Of a DNA stretch of 61,481 bases, positions 13,311-27,200 are shown in pieces. The first letter of the stretch is position 1; each line of letters opens with the position of its first letter. Below the pieces are notes generated by a model. That model saw only the letters and a program-made list of their open reading frames with translations, was not told the DNA's origin and did no database searches. The stretch comes from Catajapyx aquilonaris. Lineage: Eukaryota. Made by a program: the position numbers and the translations under genes. Where the stretch lies: positions 124,001 through 185,481 of the forward strand of contig KZ537978.1 in assembly GCA_000934665.2 (NCBI GenBank), given 5' to 3'.

Positions 13311-16084
13311 GGGTGAGAGAGAGGGCGGGATGTTCGATTATTTCAAATCTCCTTGCGCATCTGGCCTCCCTTTGTCCCATCCCTTGCAGCTAGTATGCCA
13401 CCAACATGCCTAAGTGGATTAGAGGAACCAGGAGGTTGGCCTTTCTGGTAATCACACAGGGGAAAACCTTTGCGAATTTTAGTAATAGGGAATGTGGCCA
13501 GTCACCAGTTGTTCGAATCATACTAATGCGCTGGATGTTAGTACAGCACAGGACGGATTATATGGAGGTTTTTATATGTATGGATTGGGATAGGCCACCG
13601 AAGACTTACTGAAAATTTTCCATCTAATTCCTCCGCATAAGTACTACTTCACCACCCAGTAGTGCGAAAAGATTTCCTTCTGAAGGGGATACAAGCACGT
13701 TAGATAGAGCTTCACAGTAGACTTGTAAGGAACGAATAGGCTGGACCGACATGATACAGCGTAATTTTACCAGGGCTGGTCGTACAAGGTCAACATAAAT
13801 GGTGGTTTCGCCACAATGGAAATACTGTATGCCATATCTGTCCATTATTTTCTGTTCGGGTTTTGGAAACCTGTACGACCGTCGCTTTGCGCAGTTAAAT
13901 TAGCCCGATAGCGAAAAAGGATGCCGTAATTTGCCACCAAACTCAATTGCTCATTGCCCGTAGATAAATCGTTCCCTGCGTGCCACACATGTACCGTAAT
14001 TACAATAGTTTTATTGAACAGCGCTGCAGGGCGTGTAGTATTACAGAGCCGTTAGAGAATCTTGAACATCTGTGAGAAAGTGTGGGTAATGACAGTCATC
14101 CGGTACTTTGTTGAAGAAACCGGTCATCAGTGCCGTTCGTGTTACACGTTTATTGCTGTGACACTACCAGCAGTGAGGCAGGCCTAATAAAACTGTATGT
14201 AATGATACGAGATATAGGGCTGCGGTTAGCGGTCTTGGGAACACAACAGCACTAAAACCTCCAAAGTGCCAACAGAGATTTACCACAAGAAACCCTGTCC
14301 GATACCTTTTCCTATAGTGACCCTTTTCATCCCCCCTCCCTCTTCTCCATTCCCATATCTCCTTGTGACGTATAAAGTGCGGCATTATGAGATGGAGGCG
14401 CATTTGGAAGCTCAATTTCCGAGACTTCGATTTCCCAGGCTGGAATTGGAGAAAACGTGGTCTCTTGTCCCTTCCCTCCTTCTCTCATATAGTCTTCCTA
14501 GGGCATCTATCTATCCGTCCTTTTGAAGGGAGTCTGAAGGAGGGGGAGGATGGGTGGGTGGGTGGCCTACCATTTCGGGATGACAGCAGACAGCGTCGCC
14601 TGCAGGCGGGCGGCACTCATTCCCAGAGAAATGAGAGCTTGTCTTCCGTCACCCTCCAACTCTCTTTGGGAGGCTCAGATAAAGCCCCTTCTGCCACTCA
14701 CTAGGCTTTTCAATCACAGCCATGATTGGCCTGCTGCTACTTTACTCGGCGCCCTTTCACGTATATACGCAATATTCACGGAGTTGTCATTTCAAGTATA
14801 CCTAGGCATCGCACCCCTAGTCTTCCAGATCGATTTATGGCCATCCAAAAAGAGACTCCCAAGTTGGGTAAAATGGCATCGAGTGGAGGATGATATTATG
14901 GAGCATATCTAATAATAATCAGTGATTTATATTTGTAAATATTGTTGGAATTTATTAACATTATTGATTCAGATAGACCGGGTTGTATCTGTATCCTGGA
15001 CATTTTTACGTCTGTATTCAACTGTTGTTGGCAGATTAATATCAAACAAATCAGGACGAAACACAGCTCGTCAAACGTTTACAGATATTGATACAATCCG
15101 GCCGAATAGGCGAGCATACAGTATAAGGCTGACAAAGATTTTCTTTGCAGGCACACAATGGACGAAAAGTACACCTGTGTGATGTTTACAATCCGGAAAG
15201 TATCTGCAATGCCTGTCGAAATCCCATCAAAATCACCCGCATTCTCCTCCCGATGTCGAACATGTAAGTCTATACTCGAATGGGTTTAAGTTATCTATAG
15301 CCTTATTAGGGGTATTTTCCCAACCAATACCTCTTAGCCTTTTGTACCGAACATTTTGTAGTGCACAGAAAAGGAGCTCTGCGTTACGAGAGCAGCCCTT
15401 TCTTTGAGGACTGGTAAAAGATCTTCATATTTTACCTGTCAAAAAAGTGGCTTCTTAGCTTGTAAGACACAAGCATCAGTAAGGGCGGGTAGAAAAGCCC
15501 CTCCCAAAATGGCTCCTGAAACAAGAGGCCATAAGCGGCTCGACAGCCCCTCGTGGAGCTTGCAAGCAAACAAGGCCCGGTTTCAGGCCTTGGCAAGCTT
15601 TTTACGTCTCATTAGCAACGGAATGGGGGGATAGGGGAAGCTTCGCCAACAATAATTATGGCCAGATTCATTATGTAGAACGGGAGGTTGAGATGAGCGA
15701 CGCACAAGCATGGATTCATTAAGGATGTCGGGCGCCTCTGCCATCGACTTGGCTACAGGAATAGACTTTTTTTTTAGAGAGGGCTATTGACAGTTTGGCT
15801 GTTGTCATGTGCCTCTTGGGTGATGCTTGGAACATGTTGAGGATATCCAGCCAGATTGGCTCTTGCGTTTACTGTACGGGATAGTGGGTCAGAGGGTGTG
15901 ACATGTAGACTACATTATATCCGGGGGGTCCTGTACACGCCAATTTAAATGCATTACCTGTTCTTTTCATGTCGCGTCACTGGTGCAGTAATAATGTGGG
16001 GTTAAATATGTGGCGGTTTGTGCGATGCGAAATATTGATACGAACATTTAAGCGGGCAAGTGCTTTAGAGGGACGAGTTTCTTC

Positions 16085-16198
16085 GCCGATTGAAGTTTTT
16101 TTCAGAAAAAGATTATAATCATTTTCTGAAAAAAAAACTTCAATCGGCCTATACTTTGCGAACTGTGAATAATTATTCACAGTTCGCAAAGTATAGGC
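16085..16198. repeat. Two abutting loop-less palindromes (16085-16148 near-perfect; 16147-16198 perfect, 52 bp)
   Basis: GCCGATTGAAG(T7)CAGAAAAAGATTA|TAATCATTTTCTG(A9)CTTCAATCGGC, then GCCTATACTTTGCGAACTGTGAATAA|TTATTCACAGTTCGCAAAGTATAGGC. Confidence 0.95.
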
Positions 16199-18034
16199 AA
16201 CAAACACATTGTACTATGTCGTACTAGCCACTTATTCTAAAGCTGGTTCAATGACAACCAAAAGATGGAATACAAAATATAGGTGTCCTGCAGAATACTT
16301 GTTTTACTTGCTAATTTATTTATGGGTAAATATAACAACCGAAACACTCTTTAGTAAAAGTACACAACCCAAATGCTGACCACGTCAAACCTAGCCGGAA
16401 TCATGACAGTTGACTGGGTTTTGTGTGACACAAAACCTTTTTTGAACCGGGAGCTATACATTATATGCTTTCATGTAACTCAAGAACAGCTATACGACCC
16501 TTTGCATGTAACTTATTAAAGCACAGGCAATTAGAACACTTCATTTTGTCGCAAAACCTAGTATTTAATGACAATGAAAAATATTTCCAAGTACCACATC
16601 GTTGGAAACGAGCATAAAGTTCAAAATCAATGCGAATAAAGTTCAGCCAGCAGTGAGCATCGTACAGTATTATGTGCTTCATCCTATAGCTTAATTTAGG
16701 AGCAGTTACTATCTCCGTTACTGCCACTGGCCACTGGACATCTCATTCCTGCTGCAATAATGGAGGTATAGGTCTAATATATTTATTAGACTTGAAGCCG
16801 GTTTGCATTATTCTTCCCACTATACATACGGTTACAGTATCGGTTTCAATAAACTCTAGCGGATGTCCGCTATACATTGAATGGTTAATTGCGGTTGAAA
16901 TATCTTCGATTTTAGATAGCAAACCATTGTGCGAAAGTTTTGCTCTAAGAGAAAATGGTCACAAAATGAAATGCCTGAACTCTTTAGGTAGGTTGCGGCG
17001 GCATAAGTTTATTCTGCTCCGGTATAATTCGTTAGTTATACGGGCAAGGGATGTGCAAGCCCCGGAACCCATTTGCACTTGTAGAGCTCCCCATATACGA
17101 GACGAGCTTTTTTTTGTGTGTGTTGGCCAACTTACCTTAGCCTTATCTCCTCCTTCCGCAAACGATCTGCAATGAAAAGAGAAAATAATTAAGCATTGTC
17201 TCCCCAGGAAGCTAAAAACTCTGCACTCTCGGAAAATTAAAATTCCCGGACACCATTTCCAGCGCAGTTTTTAATAATAAGTTGCAGGAGAAAATTCCTT
17301 CGGGAAAAATACAGTACTAAATGCAGTTTTCTGGGAGAGCTGGGAGTGGGCCAAGTGGGTATAAGCTTGGAGACAAGATGAGCCAATTTGGACCTGTGGT
17401 TGGGGTCATGCCGTTACAATTATAAAATTACATCGTTGTATGGCAGCCGGGAATTGCTCGCTGCATTGTGGAGGGGCACGGGCTCAAACAGAATTGCGAA
17501 ATACTTTGTGCTGCTCGGAATCTCGGGATTCTCTCTTGAATTCTGTCTGCGTATAAGAACACCAAGCGCCATTGCCCCTCTCTATATTATTTAATCCGGA
17601 CCCAATATTAGAGTCCAGGCGCAGATATCTGGATTAATATTTCATGCTGGCTGGCATGTAGCCATTGATGGATACAAGAAGAGGTAGATCTTTGCATAAC
17701 TTATGCGGCACAGAATAGGCGAATACGATGCAGGCCTGGAGGATTATGCTAAAATGCAGTCCAGGTGCAGTACTTTGGGGTTTTATCACACCGAAGCTAG
17801 AACCTCCTTGGTAATCGCAGATTACATTACATGCAGGTGTACCACTAGTGTGTACAAGGTTCAGTGTACAATATACCTGTTTGGCCTACTGCACATCCAA
17901 CAAAACCATGCATTTTTTTGTCGCCTGAAATGCTTTCTATCCTAGTCATCAAGTAAAACTTGTTTTAGTCTCTGCATCTCTATGCAGTTATTCTGGAGAG
18001 TGTGGAGAGTGGCACAATGTGGGATGTGTGGGAC

Positions 18035-18726
18035 CAGCGTCGGATTAGGTTAGTGCGGGGGTCCGTGGCATATGTTATAAAGAAGCCCGAAATTTAAAAT
18101 GCGCTATTTACTTGCACAGTACAGTAATTCAATTTCTTCATTTTATTTTTATTTGTTTATTTTAAATTTTTAGTGTACCCCGTGATAGGGCCCGAGGCCC
18201 TCTTGGGGGGTGGGGGGGGGGGTGGAATACCACCATAGGGTGACTGGGAGGGGATGTGCAAAGTGCAAGTGCAATGTCGTTGCTTGGTCATTTTGTGAAC
18301 TCCCCCGGGTGGATTAGTCTAGCGGAGATTCCACCCGAGACGAAGCCAGAGATGGCCCAACTCTGCACGCGATGAAGAGGGGAACCCCGGGCTGGGATCA
18401 AACCCGGGACCTTAACTTCCGTGGGTGCATACGTTACCGCAGCGCCACTCATTCTCCCCAATTTCATAATTTGCTACAGAGCCAGATAATACGACAAATG
18501 TATGACACTTCAGTAATAGCCCTACTATTATTTACATGTAGGTATCAAAATATTCAAATGTCAAAAGTAAGGAAAATGTATTTTGAAAGTTACATTTTCT
18601 AGATCTAGCATGAGAAAATGATTTGATAATGCTGATTTCACTGGACAGCTTGCAAGTATAGTGCGGGAACAGTAGCATATACTACTTTACTACTAGGTTT
18701 CGCTACTACTGGTTAATCCGGCCCTG
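18035..18726. mobile_element. hAT-type non-autonomous element with 8-bp TSD, interrupted by a SINE
   Basis: Left end CAGCGTCGGATTA; right end TAATCCGGCCCTG (rc CAGGGCCGGATTA, 11/13). Exact TGTGGGAC at 18027-18034 and 18727-18734. Confidence 0.85.
18142..18459 (-). mobile_element. tRNA-derived SINE, family A, divergent copy/subfamily
   Basis: The minus strand begins GGGGAGAATGAGTGGCGCTGCGGTAACGT (A-box-like) and has GGTTTGATCCC (B-box-like). It shares CGACATTGCACTTGCAC, ATGGTGGT..CCACCCC and ATCACGGGGTA plus an A-rich tail with the copies at 38405, 39072 and 56576. Degenerate TSD AATTTCTTCAT (18131-18141) / AATTTCATAAT (18460-18470). Confidence 0.8.
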
Positions 18727-18803
18727 TGTGGGACTCGCTAGTTTTTCACAAACGTAGCACTTGGCCCTGTGCCTTATTTAAATGAAAGTAGGCGACCTTA
18801 CCG

Positions 18804-18865
18804 GGCCCAGTATGGTGGTGCAATGGCTAATGTCACCACCTCTGCAGTCCCAAGTTCATTCCCCA
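18804..18865 (+). mobile_element. Possible degenerate tRNA-like SINE head fragment
   Basis: TGGTGCAATGG (A-box-like) and AAGTTCATTCCC (B-box-like) at tRNA-like spacing, with a GGTGGTG/CACCACC stem. No body or tail recognised. Confidence 0.35.
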
Positions 18866-21180
18866 GATTGGACAAAGGATTTTTGTGATTTATGCGAGGG
18901 TCTGAAATTTGAATACTGAATTGCCAATTGAATTATTATGGCAGTGTTTCTTGCCACATTTTTTTCTGATACACCACGTTTCATACTGATTTTACAAACA
19001 GAATATTTCAGTCTGAATTGATCACGTCGATGCGATTTTAAAACCCGCCTTCCGACTCGGAGAAGGCCAAAAAAGTGCAAAACCTTTCCAACATCCTAAT
19101 GAACTCATCACCGAGTGTTGATCTGTTACTAGACTTTCGAAGAAGGAAGGCACCAATGGCAACCGTTCTCCGTCCCCTCTAACCCAAATCCCCCGGATGG
19201 CATTTCAAATATTGGAGCGCTTCTTTTATAACGGGCGATGTGATCATTTCGAGGATGTCGCTGCTCTGATTAGATTTAATCCGTTTGTGCAAGGAAAGGC
19301 GCATAGGAGGTAACAAAGTCAGCTGGAAATTGTATATTCCGCAAGGAGAAGACAGTCCATTTCTTGCAAGGCTCGTCGCGCTAGTCTGTGGAGGAGGATA
19401 ATTTCCCCTCCCTCTTGTTGGAGACAATTGCGTTCATTTCTACCCATTATAGTCTAATTACTCAACAGGGCGGCGCCGTGCTTGCCTCTATATGGTCCAT
19501 GGCTGGCTGTGCCTTCCTCCCTGGCAACTCAACTACAGGCGGTAGTAGGGTCAAAGCCCCGCTAACAATGTCGGACCGATCGAGGCAACGACAAGGGGAC
19601 ATGAGCTGCACCTCAATGCGATGAGGTTAGATTAGTCCAACTTGGGCCTCGGATCAACTTTGTGTCGCTCGCTTGGGAGAAGGAAGGACAAAACACTCCA
19701 CAATATCCGGAGAAATGGATAAATGGTACAGCACGTTCCGTTGACTCGGGCAGAATGATGCGTTGACAAAATCCGGCTTCTTACTGTCTGACTCCGTTTT
19801 TATGTGTGTGTATACCAGACGATACTGTATAGGTAAACGTTTCTATATAAATTCAGTCCTTTTGAAAGCTCCTATTTGCATTTGAGCAGTGACCAAATTC
19901 GGATATGCAGATTATTTCGGACCGCATTGGCTCCCTTTTTGCACAAACTGATAGGGCGGCCCAAATAGTTGTTCAAACCCGGCCAAACAACAAATCCCAT
20001 TTGTTTGATTCACATTAATGCAATAATCCATCAAGTGTGATTGCAATGCTCCAGATGTCATCGGTACTTCATGTACACCCCGTGGGTGATTCGATAGGCT
20101 TACACAGGCAGGACAATTGAGGCATTCGGAATTATAGATGAAAAATATGGACGATATACAAGCACAAACCTATCAGTCATTCACATGCACGCACAACAGT
20201 TTACGGTAACCGGCGCGGGGATTTGAACTGTCCCCTGAATCTATTATTGAATAGCGATGCAAATTTGGGTGTGCTTCCCTGCGCCAAATATTGGAGTATC
20301 GTCGATGCGGTAACCATAATGCGCTTCAGTACTTATTAGCATGTGGCATTAGAGGTGATATTAATGACGGTATAGCGCGACGGCTTGGCCTGATCGTAAA
20401 ATGGACGCCATTTGTATTGTTGACCTGAAAATCACTGACGTTACACATCTCTCGCGCTGGTGCGAGGCCATTTGCAACTCGTCAACTGCTTACATTAGTC
20501 AAAATGGCCGGCACTACTCGGGATGGTTTGTCGCCCCCCTGATAGTGGAAACCCTCGTTATGGAAGAGGCACCTGCAATGACCCACCGTTATCCGCGAGA
20601 CATGACGGGGCCGTACGTGCACCGGCCCTGATTTAACGGAGAACTTGTAACAAGCATAGAACAAAGATGCGAGCCAAAGCGCCGGACCGAAATAAAGAGA
20701 AAGAGAAAAATGTGCAGAAGCATTATGGGATCGAGTCAGGATGTCGGCTGGTATATGAGACGCTGAGGGCTTTCAAAGTAACGAGGTCTGAAGCGCTTGG
20801 ATTACAGTATCGCACTCGGTTTTTGCACAAAAGGGAAGGAAACGGAGCTCTTTGATCGGCGAGTGGGCAGAAATCCACTTAGAAGGCTTTTAAAATGCAG
20901 CAAGGTGGAAACCTTAGGCGCGGTGCTAAGTGACAAATGAGAGTCTACAGACAGTGGGTTTGGAAGCCTCTCTCTCACAATGAGAGAGGAGGCTGGATCA
21001 TTTGGATCAAGCGAACGCTGCATAATGCATGCTGGTGAAGAAGAAGTGGAAAAAATGGTGGAAAAGCGCTGGAAGGAAACAGGTTACAAGGCTCCGACGG
21101 CTAACCGCCCGCTCCATTATATAAAGGCCGAGACATTGATCGAAAGTGGCGGCAGCGGAACTCGCCCGCCGAAGGGAGCG

Positions 21181-21231
21181 AAAGAAAGAAAGGAAGAAAG
21201 AAAGAAAAAGAAAGAAAGAGAAAGAAAGAAG
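21181..21231. repeat. (GAAA)n-like purine-rich simple repeat
   Basis: Imperfect AAAG/GAAA run read directly. Confidence 0.9.
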
Positions 21232-24200
21232 ACTTAGGCACACACCAAAATGATGAAAGAGAAGTAGGGAAGATGGAGGAGAGAGCGAAAGAAATAAGTC
21301 GGGGCTTTTTTGGCTAGACGATGGCGCCAGATGTGGCCCAGAAGGAGCTATCACCAAATTGGGCTCCTTACTCAAGCAGATCTTCGATTGGCCCCGACAC
21401 AAAATGTTTTATGGCTGTAACAGAGAAACAAATTGAGGTCACTTGGAAAATCCACTGCTGTACAGTACTCCCGAAGAGTGCACTTGTGGAAGGAAGGAAG
21501 GATCAGACAACTGCTTTCAAGCTTAGTCGACTGGATTCAGATACGACTGGAAGATAAATATGGCTATGTGGCACATTACGCCAAGAGGAACATCGTGGTA
21601 TGGCACAAGCGACAGTATGGAGGGGGTAAACAAAATGGAAGAAATGTATGTTCGGTTTCAAACATTTATTCGTGAATCATAGGTCATATATATACGGTGC
21701 AGTACAGGGTGTGCCAACTGAACTGTCCATGGTAGTTTGTAAAATTTTGACATAAAGCAGGTGCATCCATAAGGATGCTTGTTAGGGCTATTAAAAGCAG
21801 GTTGACCATTACAGGTAGATTTAATCTGCGAAAGTGGGTTTTAAGCGTCACTTCACATGCTTGTGGTTCCAGTACACTAACATGTGTAATTATTCTAGAG
21901 AATAATTTCAGTGTAAAGATTCGTAGCTTATTCCTTGCAGTATTATTAATATTAGCAGTTAACATAGTCACAAATGTAACTGCTTTATAATGTTTAATGA
22001 TATTAAACATATAACCTAAAATTTTCTAACGATTCTACAAACTTGTTTGTTGGAATATTATCTATTATTTCCGCTAATATAACTGGTTTTTAATAGCCAA
22101 TCATGTCACTTTTGTTCCATGTGCAGCAGTCAACTTTTGTATCAATTTGATGTAACTTTCGGTGCATAGCTCGCTTTGGGTTAGATGCAGTTTCATCGTC
22201 TTTAAAAGCCTTTAATCCTCTACTCTGTTTCAGTATCATGCTTTGTCGCCCTCATACTGATACGTACAGTACCAGTACTAACAATGAGACCCCTTTTGTG
22301 ATCTGACAATAGTCGCACCTGTGCCGCTACAAAGTAACTGTAGATCCGAATTAGGCTAAATATAAGCTCACATACCAACACACAAAACAGTGCAGCAAAT
22401 CTTGGATTAGAGCGAAAACAATTCTACCTCTCCTCAGCGCCGAAATTGTCATAATGCATGAAAGTAATTTTTCATCACGGACAAAAACAACCACCCAAGT
22501 CCCATGCTCCTCATATGACAGGCACGTAGGGAGAAATAGGCTCAATATTTTATTTCCGTGAATAAATCACCAGCAGTGTGTGTGATCCTGTCTCATGAAT
22601 AAATCTTCCCCTTCACTTGGGTCTCCTTGCAAATAGAATTAGCAAAGACTTCCCTTTTCTTTTTTTAATCAGCCCTGCTAGTCCATCCACTAATTCTGGC
22701 CTCCACCACCACCACCACCATCAGGAAGCCATTGGAAGTGCCAGAAGAGGTTGTCAAATATTGCGAGAAAGTCGAGGTATCCAGAGTAGAAATCTGTGTC
22801 CGATGCCGCATCAGATTCCGTAATTGCTTTTCCGGATAGGAGCTGGAAAGTCTCCTATTGCTCACTCCATAACTCCGGATAGGACCAGGAGTGGGGGTGG
22901 GGGGTGTATATATAGGGAGAGGAAAAGGAAAGCCTTCCTCTCCTCTCTCTCCCCATTCCGGAATTGAGTTGTAGCTCTGCAGGGCCATCGTCGAGCTTTT
23001 CGAATGAAGTGCACCAGCCCACCATGCCTTCTGCTCGCACAAAATGAGAAATTAAAGTGCAATGTCTAGACCGGTGACATACGGCACCGGGTTTTATGGC
23101 AAAATTTCGGTAGCCTAACTACCAACTACCTCCTTGGCAGAATCGATAGGAAAGTGTGTCTGAAATTTCTCCTGGTCCACGAGCCACCTTCGCCCAACTT
23201 TGCCGGCTTGGGGTATGGTGCCTCCGTACTGCAGCGTCAAATGGACCGCATGGGCTTTTTTTTCTGCTGATGCTTTGCCAACTGGAGGAAATCAATGGCA
23301 CCAGGTTGTGGCAGTAAAGTGGACAATGTGGCCTGTCGAATTCTCTGGCCATAATATTATTGCGATTGATTGGAATCCGATACGCCCTTTAACACAGATG
23401 GACATTTCAAATTGTAATTCGACCCTTTGCGGCTTATTGTCGCCACTGGACCTATCGGAGCCGTCATTATCTTTAATGTGTCGTTATATTTGTTATTGAT
23501 CTAATAATGTGGAGTAGAGCATTGTTATGATTTTTTGCCTAGGAATTGATATACAGCAATGGAGGAAAAAGTCATTACGTAACAAACCAGTCTATTATTT
23601 GCACACAATAGTGCCAATGAGTAACCGAACGTGCTTTTGTACTGCGGATAATTTTGTTGTTCGCCGAATTTTTTGCACCATATTTGACAAAATGGGATTA
23701 CCTCCCTAACGTCTTGTCGATTTCAGCCCATTCCATCAAGCGAATTAAATTTCCGGTTAGCTTAATGGCATCGAAGCGTATTGGATCCAAATTAATAGGG
23801 GCTTTGAATTATTGGAGTCGTCACCTAAAAATACCATGTCAATCTACGTTGACATTTTATGGCAAACTGCAGGGCCTTGAGCTACATCCAAACACTCCAC
23901 AAAACTTTGTAATAAAATAGTGCAAAGTGGACGAAATAAACTTGGGTGACTTGGTGGTCACTGTCTACAGCATGCGAGTTTCTCACCATCACATTGCCTA
24001 GGATGGATCCGATTATTTAGTCCCTAAAATATATCGGCCCGTATTGGTGGACAGGATTTTGGAGGGAAAAAGCTGCCTTGTCACATGACTGCTCCTGGAG
24101 TGGATTGCATCACATGCACACGCGGACACCCGCTCTTGATGAGCTTTGTCCCCGTTCCAATTGACTCTCCAATCCCCCCTTCATCCCGTAAATAGAGATG

Positions 24201-27200
24201 TTCGATTACGTCCGATAGAATTGTCCAATAATCCCCCCCCATCCCCGCCTCCAGCCTTTCCTCCCTTCCCCCGTCTGCCATTTCGCTCTGGATTATCCCT
24301 GCGTTTTTTCGACGTTAGTCCTAATGCCGCCATGTTGCATAGCCTCGTCGAGTCGTGTTCGCTTCCAGTCAAAGAGGGGATTGGAGGACAGCCTTCCTCC
24401 AAAGGGAATTACGGCCGCATTGGGTTTACGCTGGACTTACAGCAGATGTATTTCAGTTGGCAAAATGCGGCGGTAATCTGCTTTCACTTGGCACAAATTG
24501 CACGGGATGTGTTACTGTCGGTCGGATGCGAAAGGTATACACGGCCGCACACCGACGCCCGGACTTCATACTTTTTGGCGTTTTGGAAACTCATTTTTTG
24601 ACCGAACAAACTGATCGCTTATCGATATTGTGCAACCGATGGAAACCACGTGTATGACGCCATTGCCCAAACCAAGCGGATTTACAAAAACCGCGTTTGT
24701 TCACTGGGCTACTTTCACTGCATAGAGTCATATCAGCAGTGTATTGTGTCTGCGAAACTGTAATATTGCGACATTATGAAGGTTCAAATAGTGGGACAGA
24801 TCACATTTCAAAATTTTGCTGCAATTGAATGACCCAATACAGAACTGGGCCGAAGTCCAAGGTAATAATTGGAATTAAACAGGTAACTCGTTCATGGTTT
24901 CGCCGCCACATTTGTTATGGGCATAATATATCCACTAATTGTTGGGATACCTGTTTCAAGCTATGACGAGCGTGGATAATTGAGCTTAGATTTTTTTTTA
25001 AATGTCATTATGCACCCCCCCCCCACCACCACCACCATTTTTATACCCTATCGGGCCATTTAATTGGCCCTTTAAAACTCATTCAAACTTTATCTCGCAA
25101 CGTTGGCATCTCAATTCTCCATTTCAAAATGTATACTGCATAGCTTTGTTATAATTATCACCTCCTACCTTATCCGACAACTATAGTGTCACTAACAAAG
25201 TACATGCTGTCACTGCATTTTGACTCCTACACATAGATTATAGCCTTTCCGCTAGTAAACACCAGCTGCAGTTAGTGACGCGCCCTAGTATTTTGAGACA
25301 GCGGTCATTAGTAGGCACATGTAATAACAGCCACCGTGTTGTAGGATGTTGTGTTTATTTTGATATGATCTGTGCACCCTGTACGCCCTACTCAGGGCGC
25401 ACGAAATGTTGACTCGCCCCAGGCTAGAGGGTGATTGGCTAGTAACAAAAGTCAGGCATATGGTATAAACAGCTTTGATAATAACGTGACGGCATTCTGA
25501 TTTACTTTTCCTGTCGCAACGCTACTTTTAAACACCATTAACCTTTGAAGCAGCAAGCCCTATAATCGCCAGAGCGCAGTAGACAAATATAAAAGACAGG
25601 ACATGTGTCTTTTCCTCACTAGTGACAGTCGCTAACCGCAGCTGAGTTGTCACTATAAATAATTCCTAATTCCGTGCAGAGGTACCTCACATGAAATACG
25701 ACACGTGGTATTATTCTCCACATCCTGACCATTTTCTTCCGCATATCCGTTCCCTGCACCCATAACTCAATAGGAGCGCGGGAAAAATGTCAAATCATCT
25801 TATCCTAAACATTATATGGAGCTACTTTGGGATTTAATGACCCTCTTTGAAGCGAAAAAGTATTACCCTCTGTGCATATAAACCCCATTAAACTTGCTTT
25901 TCCCTCCAAAAAAGAGGACCTTTTTTGAGGGAGGAAGGGCGATGCTTCCTTTGACACAGCTCGACGTAAAAGTCTCGCGACCGTTTGGTCAGGCGATGAA
26001 ACATGTCCGGCGTGAAACATTCCGGGCAGTTAAACTCACAGAACTTGCCAGTCATTTGAGCCACCGGATATGCCCCCGGAACAAGCCAGCAACAATAAAA
26101 AAATTGGGCACTTATGTACTTAAAGTTATTAATTTTATTATATCTTTCAGAGACGGGGAGGTACACGCGTAATTATACATTCAGGTACCCCCCAGGGAAA
26201 TCCGGAGCTGTAACCGGATAAACGGCGGGGAAAAGACAAACAAGGTGCTTCAGGAAGGAGAATAACAATTACAGTGACAGTAACGGATGTCCGGTGTCGG
26301 TACGGATTACTCCTACGGGTAGATCCGCGCTTCTTACACGAGGCAAGGGGCGGCTTTTGTAGGGGAGGGGGGGGGGGAGCAGGGTGGTATAGCAGGGGTA
26401 CAAAATGGTCTCCCAAAATTTCATTAATAATACACGGCTCGTGAATAATTCAGGGCGGGTAAGTGCGAAACCGTGTAATCAAAGCGTCCGCAAGCGAATT
26501 CGACGTCACGCGGAAAACAGCGCGGGAAAAGCTCGGCCATTGGCCAACGTGGCTTGTGTATATTTATGCGCCGAAATTAAGTCGGAGGTTACAAAAGGCA
26601 AGGGGAAAAGGGGGGGAACTCTGTTAATGAGGCAATCCTGCCTCTTTCCTTGGGTTGAAAAGAGCCGAAAGCGGGGGAAGCGTTCCCCGAGGATACCTTG
26701 TTGTCCTGTTGGGAAAGATAGAGGACATGCTAATGGCCTTTGTAAAACGGGGCCTTTCGCGCCATCGCCTGATACATCTGAAGCCATGTTTAAATAATAT
26801 CAATTTACATGTAAGCCTCGGGAGGAGTGCGTTTTCAAATATTCAGAGGTGTTTGGCACGATGCATCTGGTGCATGGATGGAATATTAACAAGGTGGGAG
26901 TCGCGGAGGCTTTCCGTATCCCAATATTCTGATATACATTCATGTTGATGTTCACGGACAAGGTTTTTAAAATGTTTAATGTATTGTACATATTCTGGGC
27001 CATCATTATCCAAATTCTCTGGAACTCGAAACACACTTCATGGTGGCAAAGAAATTTTAAAATGTAATCTTGCACAGGAATTAATATGTAGAAGTAGGTG
27101 TGATCATCGTTTCTCCACTTGGCCATGTACAAAAAAATTCATAATATTCAACATTAGTGGATCTGTCGCCGTAAGTGCTCTAGATGAAAAAAAACGCCCT

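Noticed and set aside
13771..13890. Possible small MITE (GGTCGTACAAGGT / ACCTGTACGACC inverted pair)
   Set aside because: Only ~12 bp of inverted match, ends are poorly defined and no TSD was found.
22338..22352. 15-nt match CTGTAGATCCGAATT to mature miR-10
   Set aside because: The seed region differs (AACTGTAG rather than ACCCTGTAG) and there is no complementary star arm downstream to form a precursor hairpin. Consistent with chance.
22617..22823. ORF with poly-His tract suggesting a transcription-factor exon
   Set aside because: It derives from a short (CAC)n repeat. The surrounding translation is not protein-like and no DNA-binding domain is nearby.
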